This document shows, one piece after another, positions 1 through 9,477 of a stretch of DNA of 64,000 bases. Location of the stretch: NCBI GenBank assembly GCA_041645215.1, contig JBAZQK010000006.1:12116-76115 (forward strand). The letters run 5' to 3'. Origin of the DNA: Patescibacteria group bacterium (GTDB taxonomy: Bacteria; Patescibacteriota; Patescibacteriia; Veblenbacterales; UBA10138). The first letter of the stretch is position 1. Each line of letters opens with the position of its first letter. The notes under the pieces are model-generated. The model saw only the letters and a list, made by a program, of their open reading frames with translations, ran no database searches and was not told the DNA's origin. The translations under genes were made by a program, and so were the position numbers.

Positions 1-37
1 CTTAAACCAATAAGTAATTTTAAAAGTTTTTTTCAAA

Positions 38-105
38 GTCATCCTGAGCAAAGCGAAGGATCTAAAAGAAGTATGTTTTAGGTTTTTCGTTTCAGTCAAA
101 ATGAC
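38..105. repeat. REP-like imperfect palindrome (GTCATCCTGAG...GAAGGATCT...AAATGAC type)
   Basis: GTCAT at 38 pairs with ATGAC ending at 105; internal GCAAAGCGAAGGATCT resembles a widespread REP family. Confidence 0.5.
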
Positions 106-170
106 AATTAAAAATGTTTTATTAACAACTGAAAATAATTCACAAACAAAAACAAATCAAGGAGGAGTAA

Positions 171-1739
171 ATGAGAAAAATATCTATCTTCGCTTCGCTA
201 CTAGTACTTTTAGTATTAGTAAACATTAGTAACGCTGGCACAGTCTATGCCAGCAGAACAATTATTGTAACACCACTGCTACAGTTACCGTTTATTCATC
301 AGGTCAGTGGACCTGATACGGTTCCTGTTAATGTTCTAAGCTCAACTTTTATTGTCACCTTTAGCTCATCTAAACCTATTGATACCGTGAAGGTAAGAGC
401 GATTTGGGGTGATGGGAAAGCTGATTCGTCCACTCATGTTACTGTACAAAATCAGCAATTCGGTGCCTTTTTCTGGCACACTTGGATTACCGCCGGAACC
501 TACGTAGTTAGGTTTGAGGTGAAAAATTCTGATGGTTTGGTGTTCCAAAACAAAACCGTGGTGGTAACTGGGCTCAACCAACCGCCAGTCGCTACCAACG
601 TGAACATCACCGGCTCAACAATTGTTGGACAAGTACTTACGGGAAATTATACCTATAGCGATCCTGATGGCAATCCCCAAGGAGTCAGCACTTTTAAATG
701 GTACCGCAACAATATTGCAATATCTGGCGCAACTTCATTAACTTATACATTGGTTGCAGCTGACCTTAGCACAACTATAAAGTTTGAAGTTACACCGGTT
801 GCTCAAACCGGCGCTTCACCAGGCTTACCAGTGCAAAGCACGAGTGTCGGCCCGGTGGTTAATCCCAATCAGCCGCCAGTCGTTACCAGCGTTACTATTA
901 CTGGCAATACAATAGTTGGGTCAACTTTAACCGGCGGCTACACTTACTCTGATGTTGATGGTGATCTGCAAGGTGTTAGCACTTTCAAATGGTACCGCAA
1001 CAATGTTGCGATTACCGGCGCTACAACTGCTACTTATACCCTTACTGCCGCTGATCTAAGCGCAACTATGAAGTTTGAAGTTACTCCGGTTGCTCAAACC
1101 GGCGCTTCACCAGGTTTACCAGTGCAAAGTTCTGGCGTTGGTCCGGTGGTTAATCCTAATCAGCCACCGGTTGCCACAAATGTTGTTATCACCGGCAATA
1201 CTATCATTGGTTCAACTCTTACGGGAAGTTACACGTATTCTGATGCAGACGGCAATCCACAAGGTGTTTCAACATTTAAATGGTATCGCAATAACATTGC
1301 AATTACTGGCGCAACTTCATTAACTTATACATTAGTGGCTGCTGAACTTAGCACAACTATAAAGTTTGAAGTTACTCCGGTTGCTCAAACCGGCGCCTCA
1401 CCAGGCTTACCAGTGCAAAGTTCTGGCGTTGGTCCGGTGGTTAATCCTAATCAGCCACCAGTGATTGATTCATTTACAGTTCCAGTTACTGCTGTGCAAG
1501 GTTCGTCTGTAAACATGACCCTTGTCTGTCACGACAATGATTCGCCGACATTGAATATTGATGTCAATTTTGGCGATAATACCCCACATTTTACAGCTAC
1601 TAGAACTGGTAGTTTGGGCCAAATATTCACTATTGAATTTTCCCATACCTTTATAACCTTGGGTCAATTCATAATCACTGTAGCAGTTAGCGACACTTCT
1701 GGTGGCCAATCTGTAGTTGTATTTGGAGGTGGCCAATGA
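171..1739 (+). CDS. Secreted/surface protein with three tandem Ig-like repeats flanked by PKD-like domains
   Basis: N-terminal signal peptide; WGDG and FGDN PKD-type motifs; three 97-aa repeats (FKWYRNN..I.GAT..TYTL..ADL..T.KFEVTP); GGAGG upstream. Confidence 0.8.
   Translation: MRKISIFASLLVLLVLVNISNAGTVYASRTIIVTPLLQLPFIHQVSGPDTVPVNVLSSTFIVTFSSSKPIDTVKVRAIWGDGKADSSTHVTVQNQQFGAFFWHTWITAGTYVVRFEVKNSDGLVFQNKTVVVTGLNQPPVATNVNITGSTIVGQVLTGNYTYSDPDGNPQGVSTFKWYRNNIAISGATSLTYTLVAADLSTTIKFEVTPVAQTGASPGLPVQSTSVGPVVNPNQPPVVTSVTITGNTIVGSTLTGGYTYSDVDGDLQGVSTFKWYRNNVAITGATTATYTLTAADLSATMKFEVTPVAQTGASPGLPVQSSGVGPVVNPNQPPVATNVVITGNTIIGSTLTGSYTYSDADGNPQGVSTFKWYRNNIAITGATSLTYTLVAAELSTTIKFEVTPVAQTGASPGLPVQSSGVGPVVNPNQPPVIDSFTVPVTAVQGSSVNMTLVCHDNDSPTLNIDVNFGDNTPHFTATRTGSLGQIFTIEFSHTFITLGQFIITVAVSDTSGGQSVVVFGGGQ
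576..1448 (+). repeat. Three tandem 291-bp intragenic repeats
   Basis: NQPP codons recur at 576, 867, 1158 and 1449 (period 291 nt) with near-identical protein sequence. Confidence 0.95.
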
Positions 1740-2416
1740 AAAAGCTCATACTTTTAATTATCGTGTTGCTGCCATTGGTAGTACAAGCTCAAAATACTAC
1801 TACTGTCACACGCACGATCATTATTACAGCACCAAATGTGCCGCCGGATATAATTTCGGTTAAAATTCCTGATCCTGTAATTGTGAACCAGTTGGCCAGA
1901 TTCCGGGTGAAAATAGTTGATGCTAATAATTTTTCTATTTGGTTGATATACAAATATCGATTAATCAAAGATTCAGTATTAGTATCAGTCTTGCCGGGGC
2001 AGCCATTGGAAATTGAAGTCGGTTTAACCTTTACCCGACTAGGCACCCAATCTGCCACATTTAGTGTCAGAGATAACCAAATATTGGGGTCAACAGTTAC
2101 TGTGATGGTTAATGTCACGGTAGCAACTGGAGTAGAGGATGAGTCAGTACCAACTCGATATTCCTTATCCCAAAACTATCCCAATCCATTTAATCCGGCT
2201 ACAACGATAAGATTTGGACTTCCTAACTCCGAGTATGTAAATTTAATAGTATATGATTTACTAGGAAGAGAAGTAGCAACGCTTATAAATGAAAGCAAAC
2301 TGGCTGGTTATCATACGGTTGAATTTAATCCCGGTAATTTACCAAGCGGTATATATTTATATAAATTAACCGCGGGTAAGTTCACAAAAACTGAAAAAAT
2401 GATGCTGATGAAATAA
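1736..2416 (+). CDS. Secreted protein with T9SS type-A C-terminal sorting domain-like tail
   Basis: Signal peptide; C-terminal YSLSQNYPNPFNPATTIRF...YDLLGREVATL...LPSGIYLYKL...KMMLMK. Confidence 0.85.
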   Translation: MKKLILLIIVLLPLVVQAQNTTTVTRTIIITAPNVPPDIISVKIPDPVIVNQLARFRVKIVDANNFSIWLIYKYRLIKDSVLVSVLPGQPLEIEVGLTFTRLGTQSATFSVRDNQILGSTVTVMVNVTVATGVEDESVPTRYSLSQNYPNPFNPATTIRFGLPNSEYVNLIVYDLLGREVATLINESKLAGYHTVEFNPGNLPSGIYLYKLTAGKFTKTEKMMLMK

Positions 2417-2593
2417 TCATAAAAAACTTTCCGAAGTTGGGGCTGAGGTTGTGCAAGAAATTATACACAACCAAAGCCTCTTTTATTTTTTTACTTAAAT
2501 CATTATTAGACCAATACTTCCATACCCACGCACCAGTCCGACCAAGTCCGGGCGGTGCGGGGCAGGCGGGGACTTCGCTTCCCAGTATCAAAG

Positions 2594-2772
2594 TAAACCC
2601 CGTTACACCCCGTCCTGAAGGATGGGGCATTTTTGGGGAAGATTTTTAGTTTCCCATTCACCCCGTTAGAAGTCTCCACCAGTGGTGGAGTATCCCGACA
2701 GCCATTGGGATTACTTCTAACGGGGTTCATCCCCACCCTAAAGGGTGGGTATTCTGGGTGTAACGGGGTAAA
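2594..2772. repeat. Nested palindromic (REP/MITE-like) elements
   Basis: Outer CCCCGTTACACCC...GGGTGTAACGGGG (2598-2768) flanked by TAAA/TAAA; inner CCCCGTTAGAAGT...ACTTCTAACGGGG (2661-2725) flanked by TTCA/TTCA. Confidence 0.85.
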
Positions 2773-2854
2773 TGTTAGTTTTAAAATACCAAGGTTGGTG
2801 AGGGTGCGAGGTGTTTTATTATTTGGCAAAAATTGAAAAGAAGATAAAATACCC

Positions 2855-2892
2855 CCGCTTAAAATATTCACGGCCGTGAATATTTTAAGCGG
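2855..2892. repeat. Perfect 38-bp palindrome upstream of mnmA
   Basis: CCGCTTAAAATATTCACGG|CCGTGAATATTTTAAGCGG. Confidence 0.9.
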
Positions 2893-2962
2893 CAAGTTTA
2901 GTAAAGATTTTATTAGGGTTGATTTATATAAAGAAATGGTTTATGGTAAGCTATATTTTGTT

Positions 2963-4090
2963 ATGTCTAAAACATTAAAGAAAACCGTTTATATTGGCTT
3001 GTCCGGCGGGGTGGATTCGGCCGTTTCCGCTTATTTGCTAAAAAAACAGGGTTACAATGTTAAGGCGGTGTTCATGAAGAATTGGACTGGCACCACCGAG
3101 AACCTGGCCGGGGAGTGCAATTGGGTGCGCGAGCGTGATGATGCCAAAAAAGTCGCCAAGCAATTAAACATTCCTTTTACCGTTTGGGATTTTGAACGCG
3201 AGTACCACAAATGGGTGGTTGATTATTTTTTCCGAGAGTACGCGGCCGGCCGTACGCCTAATCCGGACATCAGATGCAATCAGTATGTTAAGATTCCTTT
3301 GTTTTTAAAACGTGCCTTAAAAGAAGGGGCTGATTATATTGCGACCGGGCATTATTGTCAAAAGTCAAAAGTCAAAAGTCAAAAGTCAAAATTAGAAAAG
3401 CATCAGTTACTGGCAGGTTGTGATAAAAATAAAGACCAGTCGTACTTTTTGTATACTCTAAGTCAAAAACAGCTTAAGCATTTATTGTTTCCGGTAGGGG
3501 AATTGATCAAACCGATGGTCAGGAAAATCGCTAAGCGATTGAAATTGCCAGTGGCGGCCAAGCCGGACAGTGTGGGTATTTGTTTTATTGGTGAAGTTAA
3601 AATTGCAGATTTTTTACGCACTCGAATCCGCCCAACTCCAGGCCCGATTGTGGATATCAAAGGTAAGGTCTTGGGTCAGCACAAAGGTTTGCCATTTTAT
3701 ACCATTGGCCAACGGCATGGTTTAGGTTTGGCCGGCGGACCGTGGTACGTAGTGGGCAGAATTAAGAAATCAAATACCTTAATAGTTGGGAAATTACAAG
3801 AACAAAAATATTTATTAGCGCGACATTTTTCTATTAAAAAACCGCACTGGATAAGTGGAAAGACACTCAAACTGCCGACTAATTTATTAGTTTGCCACAG
3901 GTATCGCCATCCGGCTTGGCCAGCTAGACTTTATAAAAGTGGTCGGCAGTATAAGGTCATGTTTATTAAACCACAACGAGCTATCACACCCGGTCAATCA
4001 GCCGTGTTTTACCAAAAACATGGTAAGGAGTTAGTTTGCTTTGGTGGGGCAGTAATCAAAGAAGTTGAAAAGCGGCGGTTTTTATGGTAA
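2963..4090 (+). CDS. mnmA: tRNA-specific 2-thiouridylase
   Basis: GLSGGVDS, TPNPDIRCN, ATGHY, KDQSYFL, GICFIG, TPGQSAVFY motifs; start moved to ATG 2963. Confidence 0.97.
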   Translation: MSKTLKKTVYIGLSGGVDSAVSAYLLKKQGYNVKAVFMKNWTGTTENLAGECNWVRERDDAKKVAKQLNIPFTVWDFEREYHKWVVDYFFREYAAGRTPNPDIRCNQYVKIPLFLKRALKEGADYIATGHYCQKSKVKSQKSKLEKHQLLAGCDKNKDQSYFLYTLSQKQLKHLLFPVGELIKPMVRKIAKRLKLPVAAKPDSVGICFIGEVKIADFLRTRIRPTPGPIVDIKGKVLGQHKGLPFYTIGQRHGLGLAGGPWYVVGRIKKSNTLIVGKLQEQKYLLARHFSIKKPHWISGKTLKLPTNLLVCHRYRHPAWPARLYKSGRQYKVMFIKPQRAITPGQSAVFYQKHGKELVCFGGAVIKEVEKRRFLW

Positions 4091-4118
4091 AATTTAGTTT
4101 AACTGGAGCTTATAAAAT

Positions 4119-4673
4119 ATGACTGAAAGTTTAGAACATCCATCAGAAAAAAGTAATATGAGTTTCGAGGAATCATTAGGTCAAGCTCGTGAAATAATCA
4201 AACGTTATCAATCTCAATTAGTAGAGGCAGAATTTGACGTTGAGGCTAATGACGGAGTAATTCCTTATCAGGCCTTGAATAGTTTTCTCAGACAGGTGCC
4301 AGAAGATATTCGTGCGCGTTATCGCGGTCATCGTATTAGTCGCGGGGGTAGAACTGAAAGACTAGCGGCTTTATTAAATATACTTGATAATAAATCAATC
4401 AAAGGCTCAGAGGGCAGTTTAATGAGTGAAGCGTATAGCGCGTTTACTCATGGCGATTATTTAATGCTTTCATACATAGACAAGCCGTTGGCCGAAGTTG
4501 AGGGAGGAAAAACAAAAATTAATGACATAGGTTTTGTTGCTGATGTTGGTTCAGTCGCTGTTAATGGCCCAAGTTACCCATTAATAGATGAATTGATATC
4601 TCGTTATCCTAATGTTAAATTTGTAAAAGCAGTGGACTTACCAGAATTTATGTCAGCCGAATCATCTAAGTAG
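4119..4673 (+). CDS. Hypothetical protein
   Basis: 184-aa ORF packed between mnmA and alaS, GGAG upstream; no motif recognised. Confidence 0.65.
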   Translation: MTESLEHPSEKSNMSFEESLGQAREIIKRYQSQLVEAEFDVEANDGVIPYQALNSFLRQVPEDIRARYRGHRISRGGRTERLAALLNILDNKSIKGSEGSLMSEAYSAFTHGDYLMLSYIDKPLAEVEGGKTKINDIGFVADVGSVAVNGPSYPLIDELISRYPNVKFVKAVDLPEFMSAESSK

Positions 4674-4680
4674 AATATTT

Positions 4681-6657
4681 ATGACTGCCAATGAACTCCG
4701 TCAAAAATTTTTAGATTTTTTTAAAGCCAAGGGACATACGATTATTCCTTCAGCTTCGTTAATTCCGGAAAACGACCCGACAGTTTTATTCACTACTGCC
4801 GGTATGCACCCATTGGTGCCATATTTATTGGGCGAGGAGCATCCGGACGGCCGACGTGTGGCCTCTTGTCAGAAATGTATTCGTACCGGTGATATTGATG
4901 AAGTTGGTGATGATGTGCACTTAACTTTTTTTGAAATGCTTGGTAATTGGTCGCTGGGTGATTATTGGAAGCAAGAGGCGATTGAGTGGAGCTTTGAATT
5001 TTTAACTAAAGAATTGGGACTGCCCATAGACAGGTTGGCAGTATCTTGTTTTGCCGGTGACAGTGACGCGCCGCGCGACCAGGAAAGTATTAAACATTGG
5101 CAAGCGGCTTTTGCCAGTGCCGGTGTTCCGGCTGAAGTGGGTGATTATCAACAAGGGATAAATGAAGGACAAAGAATTTTTACTTATGGCAAAAATAAAA
5201 ATTGGTGGGGACCGGCTGGACAGACCGGGCCGTGCGGACCGGATACGGAAATGTTTTATGATATTTTAGATTTGCCTGATAAGAAGCGGCACGCCTTAGG
5301 CTGGAGCGGCAACGAACCTTGTCATCCCAATTGCGACTGTGGGCGTTATGTGGAGATTTGGAACGACGTGTTTATGGAATACGAGAGGCGAATCAAGAAT
5401 CAAGAATCAAGAATAAAGAATAAAGAATCGGGAATCGGGGATGACGTGGAGTATGAGTTTGTTCCATTGAAACAAAAAAATGTTGATACCGGCATGGGTT
5501 TGGAGAGGACGCTGGCCGTGCTCAAAGGTCAGCGTTCGGTATTCGATACTGAATTGTTCAAGCCCATGTTTGACGTCATAGGTTTGAACCAGGATGTTAT
5601 GTCCGAAGTAGAATTGTGCAAGGCGCGGGTGGTTATTGACCATGCCAAAGCCGCCGTCTTCATGGTGAGTGACGGCGTGGAGCCGTCTAACAAGGACCGC
5701 GGCTACGTGCTGCGGCGGCTGCTGCGGCGGGCCATGGTTTACGCCCGTCTGTTGAATCTTAAAGAACATTGGCTTAGGGCCCTGGTCGGGCAGGTGGTTA
5801 CCACCTACGCCCAAGTTTACCCGGAACTTGTGAGGCGTTCAGCTGATATTTTCAGAATTATCAAAGGTGAGGAAGAAAAATTTGAGGAAACGTTGGATCA
5901 CGGTTTGAATTATTTTAAGAAGCAACTCCCAGAGATTGAGCGGATTATTTCTGTTCAATTAAGAACCGGAGGTAGAGCAAGCGGACCGGGGGCAGCTATA
6001 CAAGATTTAGGCAAGTTGATTTTTGATCTTTATCAGAATTATGGTTTTCCTTATGAGTTAGCGGAGGAGCAAATAGCCATCTTAGGTTATTCGACAGCTA
6101 AGACATACCGCAATGAGCTACGAGAGAGTTTTGAGCGTGAATCTAAAAAGCACCAAGAACTTTCTCGAACCGCCTCAGCGGGAATGTTTAAGGGCGGGTT
6201 GGCTGACCATTCAGAGGAAGTCGTAAAACTGCATACGACTACGCATTTATTACATCAAGCTTTGCGTGACGTACTCGGGCCCGAGGTGGCGCAAAAGGGC
6301 AGTAATATAACAGCCAAACGTTTGCGTTTTGATTTTGTTCATTCCGCCAAGATGTCAGCCGAGGAATTAAAGAAAGTTGAGGAAATCGTCAACGGCAAAA
6401 TCAATCAAGACCTGCCGGTTCATTTTGAATTATTAAGCGTGGCGGAAGCTAAACAGCGCGGAGCCATTGGTTTGTTTGATGATAAATACGCTAAGCTGGA
6501 TAATCAGGTTAAGGTTTATTTTGTCGGTGATTATTCAGCCGAAATTTGCGGCGGGCCGCATGTGCAACACACGGGGCAGATTGGCGGTTTTAAAATCATA
6601 AAAGAGGAAGCGGTATCAGCCGGCGGGCGGCGGATTAAGGCCGTGATCAAGGCTTAA
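4681..6657 (+). CDS. alaS: Alanine--tRNA ligase, short form without C-Ala domain
   Basis: DPTVLFTTAGM, FFEMLGNWS, GPCGPDTE, DTGMGLER; editing HTTTH and CGGPH; ends at GGRRIKAV. Confidence 0.97.
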   Translation: MTANELRQKFLDFFKAKGHTIIPSASLIPENDPTVLFTTAGMHPLVPYLLGEEHPDGRRVASCQKCIRTGDIDEVGDDVHLTFFEMLGNWSLGDYWKQEAIEWSFEFLTKELGLPIDRLAVSCFAGDSDAPRDQESIKHWQAAFASAGVPAEVGDYQQGINEGQRIFTYGKNKNWWGPAGQTGPCGPDTEMFYDILDLPDKKRHALGWSGNEPCHPNCDCGRYVEIWNDVFMEYERRIKNQESRIKNKESGIGDDVEYEFVPLKQKNVDTGMGLERTLAVLKGQRSVFDTELFKPMFDVIGLNQDVMSEVELCKARVVIDHAKAAVFMVSDGVEPSNKDRGYVLRRLLRRAMVYARLLNLKEHWLRALVGQVVTTYAQVYPELVRRSADIFRIIKGEEEKFEETLDHGLNYFKKQLPEIERIISVQLRTGGRASGPGAAIQDLGKLIFDLYQNYGFPYELAEEQIAILGYSTAKTYRNELRESFERESKKHQELSRTASAGMFKGGLADHSEEVVKLHTTTHLLHQALRDVLGPEVAQKGSNITAKRLRFDFVHSAKMSAEELKKVEEIVNGKINQDLPVHFELLSVAEAKQRGAIGLFDDKYAKLDNQVKVYFVGDYSAEICGGPHVQHTGQIGGFKIIKEEAVSAGGRRIKAVIKA

Positions 6658-6677
6658 ATTAATATACAAAACTAACT

Positions 6678-7391
6678 ATGCGTTTTATGCTTGAGGGCCA
6701 AGCCGGCAGCAAGGTTTTTAAGCCGCGGCTGGGCAAATGGTCCAGCTTGTCGTTATATTTGTTTTGGACGTTAGTTTTGCTTTTGGTCGGCGGTTTACTG
6801 TCAACACTTTGGCCGATAGTTGATGTTGTAATTTCTCCCCAGGTTGATCAAATGCGTTTGTCAACCGCGTTTCATGTCAGCCTTGACTTAGCCAATAGCC
6901 AGCCTAGTTCATGGTTGGTGTCCGGCCGTTTATTGCGGGCCGGAGAGGATTGGAGTGCTTTACAGCGCGCTAATTATAAGATTTTTCCAGTCGGCAAACA
7001 AAATATAGTGGTAGCGGAGAATGACTTGCAGTTTAGCTTGAATAAGTTTATTAACCAAAATATACCGCCTGATTATGCCGTGGCGCCTGATTCGGTGGAA
7101 ATTCTGTGGCTCGCGCCGGTAGCGGACAAGTCGGAACAGGGTTTGACAGCGGCGGTTAATATCGGCTTTAGTATCTACCGGCGATTTCCGGTTGATGATT
7201 GGAAAGTTAAATTAGCCGGAATTAAGATACCGGCGGCGGTGGATTGGTTAGAAAAGCAAACCGGAGTAAAAAAAGCAAATATTAATTTAAAACCTCATTT
7301 TTTGGCTAACATTAGGCAAATTATGCCAACTAACCCCAATGTTATTAGGTTCACTCTTGACATTAATGGAAAAACTTCTATACTAAAGTAG
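6678..7391 (+). CDS. Hypothetical membrane-anchored protein
   Basis: 237-aa ORF with one N-terminal hydrophobic helix. Confidence 0.6.
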   Translation: MRFMLEGQAGSKVFKPRLGKWSSLSLYLFWTLVLLLVGGLLSTLWPIVDVVISPQVDQMRLSTAFHVSLDLANSQPSSWLVSGRLLRAGEDWSALQRANYKIFPVGKQNIVVAENDLQFSLNKFINQNIPPDYAVAPDSVEILWLAPVADKSEQGLTAAVNIGFSIYRRFPVDDWKVKLAGIKIPAAVDWLEKQTGVKKANINLKPHFLANIRQIMPTNPNVIRFTLDINGKTSILK

Positions 7392-7513
7392 CATTATCAA
7401 TGTCTAAAAAAATTGTTAACTTAGAGTCATATCGGCTCGAATGTTAAAGCTAACAGTATCGAGCTGTTGTTTTTTTAGAAAAATTAATTATAAGTCGGTC
7501 TGACAATTAACTA

Positions 7514-7768
7514 ATGGCGGCGGAAAATACCAACCACGATAGTAAAATTCAATCTAATGCCAAGGGATTTTTAGAAGTTGAAGGGGTGGTAGAGGAATTA
7601 TTACCTTCAGCCTCGTTTCGCGTTCATTTAGACAACGGGCATGTTATTTTAGCGCATTTATCCGGCAAGATGCGAATGTTTAAGATTAGGTTGCTGCCCG
7701 GCGATCGGGTAAAAGTTGAAATGACGCCTTATGATTTAAGCAAAGGTAGAATAGTTTATCGTTATTAG
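7514..7768 (+). CDS. infA: Translation initiation factor IF-1
   Basis: [50 protein letters not shown]. Confidence 0.98.
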   Translation: MAAENTNHDSKIQSNAKGFLEVEGVVEELLPSASFRVHLDNGHVILAHLSGKMRMFKIRLLPGDRVKVEMTPYDLSKGRIVYRY

Positions 7769-7769
7769 G

Positions 7770-8461
7770 ATTCCCTAACAATACTTGACCAGACCTTATC
7801 AGAGGCAAAATTATTTCACATAGCCTTTACCTATGAATAATAGCAAAACAGTTTATCGCTTAATCAAAAACCTTACTTTGGCTCGTTTAAATTTTGCCAA
7901 GTCGGGTAGTTGTTACCGGGTATGCCCAGTAATACAACTTGGCTAGCGCTCGCCCTAACCACCAGCTATTATAACTTTATGTCTTATTTAAAATTATTTA
8001 ATCATTTATCTTTGTTTAACCACGCTCGCGCTGGGGTGGTTTAGCCAAGTTGATATACTGGGTATGCCCAGTAATACAACTTGGCTAGCGCTCGCCTTAA
8101 CCACCATCTATTATAACTTTATGTTTTATCTAAAATTATTTAATCATTTATCTTTGTTTAACCACGCTCGCGTTTAAGGTGGTTTAGCAAAGTTGATATA
8201 CTGGGTATGCCCAGTAATACAACTTGGCTAGCGCTCGCCCAGTACCAGAGCCAGCACGGTACCGGGCTTCGCCCACTACGTACCTCTTGATATGATTAAT
8301 CTCCAGTACACGTACCAATTACTATCAAAAAGCTCTTGGTGTCTGGGCTCGCCCTAACCACCAGCTATTATAACTTTATGTTTTATCTAAAATTATTTAA
8401 TCATTTATCTTTGTTTAACCACGCTCGCGCTGGGGTGGTTTAGCCAAGTTGATATACTGGG
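7770..8461. repeat. Tandem array of hairpin elements (one diverged unit plus three ~143-bp units) ending at the rpmJ start codon
   Basis: Units 7921-8062, 8063-8205 and 8206-8461 (the last with a 114-bp insert); each is TATG-CCCAGTAATACAACTTGGCTA...TAGC(C/A)AAGTTGATATACTGGG; diverged unit at ~7770-7920. Confidence 0.92.
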
Positions 8462-8462
8462 T

Positions 8463-8576
8463 ATGAAAGTAAGATCATCGGTAAAGAAAATTTGCGCCAG
8501 CTGTCGTTTGGTTCGCCGCCATAAGCGGTTAGTCGTGATATGTTCTAAGCCTAAGCATAAACAGCGGCAAGGCTAA
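8463..8576 (+). CDS. rpmJ: 50S ribosomal protein L36 (not in ORF track)
   Basis: Hand translation [37 protein letters not shown]; position between infA and rpsM. Confidence 0.97.
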   Translation: MKVRSSVKKICASCRLVRRHKRLVVICSKPKHKQRQG

Positions 8577-8611
8577 TTTTTAATTTTGATTTTTACATTT
8601 TAATTTTCTTT

Positions 8612-9001
8612 ATGGCTCGTATTGCCAGTGTAAATTTGCCCGGTAAAAAGCGTATTGAAATAGCTTTGTGCTATCTCTATGGGGTTGGCTTGCCCTTGGC
8701 TAAGAAAATTTTGCAACAAACCAAAATTGACCCCAATATCAGAACAGTTGATTTAACCGATGAGCAGGTTAATCGTTTGCGCGAATATATTGAAAAGTCA
8801 TTCAAAGTCGAGGGTGATTTACGGCGTGAAGTAATGATGAATATCAAACGGTTGCGGGAAATAGGCAGTTATCGCGGGTCTCGTCACGCCAAACGTTTGC
8901 CGGCCCGGGGTCAGCGCACCAAAACTAATTCGCGCTCTATCCGCGGCAATGTGCGCCGAACTATGGGCAGTGGTCGCAAAGCAACCGCTCAAAAAACTTA
9001 A
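8612..9001 (+). CDS. rpsM: 30S ribosomal protein S13
   Basis: [17 protein letters not shown]; [19 protein letters not shown]. Confidence 0.98.
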   Translation: MARIASVNLPGKKRIEIALCYLYGVGLPLAKKILQQTKIDPNIRTVDLTDEQVNRLREYIEKSFKVEGDLRREVMMNIKRLREIGSYRGSRHAKRLPARGQRTKTNSRSIRGNVRRTMGSGRKATAQKT

Positions 9002-9016
9002 TAGTTTGTATATTTT

Positions 9017-9472
9017 ATGACTGTGAACGACAAAGACAATAAACCAATCAATAAGGAACCGGTGGCGGCGGCAGCCGAGGCCAATGTCAGCGCGGTTGTT
9101 AAAAAGCGCAGCCGTAAAAAACGGCAGGTGACGCGTGGTCGCGTTCATATCTTGGCGACTTACAATAACACGGTTATAACATTTGCCGATCAAACCGGTG
9201 GCGTGTTGGTTAATTGCTCGGCTGGTCAAGTTGGTTTTAAGGGTCCCAAAAAATCGACGCCTTACGCCGCCGGCGTTATAGTAAAAACCGCCGTCGAACG
9301 GGTTCGTGATTACGGCTTAAAAGACGTGGATGTTTTTGTTAAGGGTGTGGGTGTTGGCCGGGAAGCCGCGATTCGGGCTTTATATGCCAATGGTCTTAAC
9401 GTTTTATCAATCAAGGATGTGACGCCGGTGCCGCATAACGGTTGTCGGCCGCCGCGTCCCCGCCGAGTATAA
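9017..9472 (+). CDS. rpsK: 30S ribosomal protein S11
   Basis: ATYNNT, GFKGPKKSTPYAA, DVTPVPHNGCRPP. Confidence 0.98.
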   Translation: MTVNDKDNKPINKEPVAAAAEANVSAVVKKRSRKKRQVTRGRVHILATYNNTVITFADQTGGVLVNCSAGQVGFKGPKKSTPYAAGVIVKTAVERVRDYGLKDVDVFVKGVGVGREAAIRALYANGLNVLSIKDVTPVPHNGCRPPRPRRV

Positions 9473-9477
9473 TTTTT

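Noticed and set aside
2382-2895. Overlapping ORFs 2382-2630, 2437-2649, 2506-2895 and 2633-2836
   Set aside because: They lie on nested palindromic repeats and show no protein motifs
7921-8461. CRISPR array
   Set aside because: The sequence between the repeated junctions is itself conserved, the period is ~143 bp, and no cas genes are in the window
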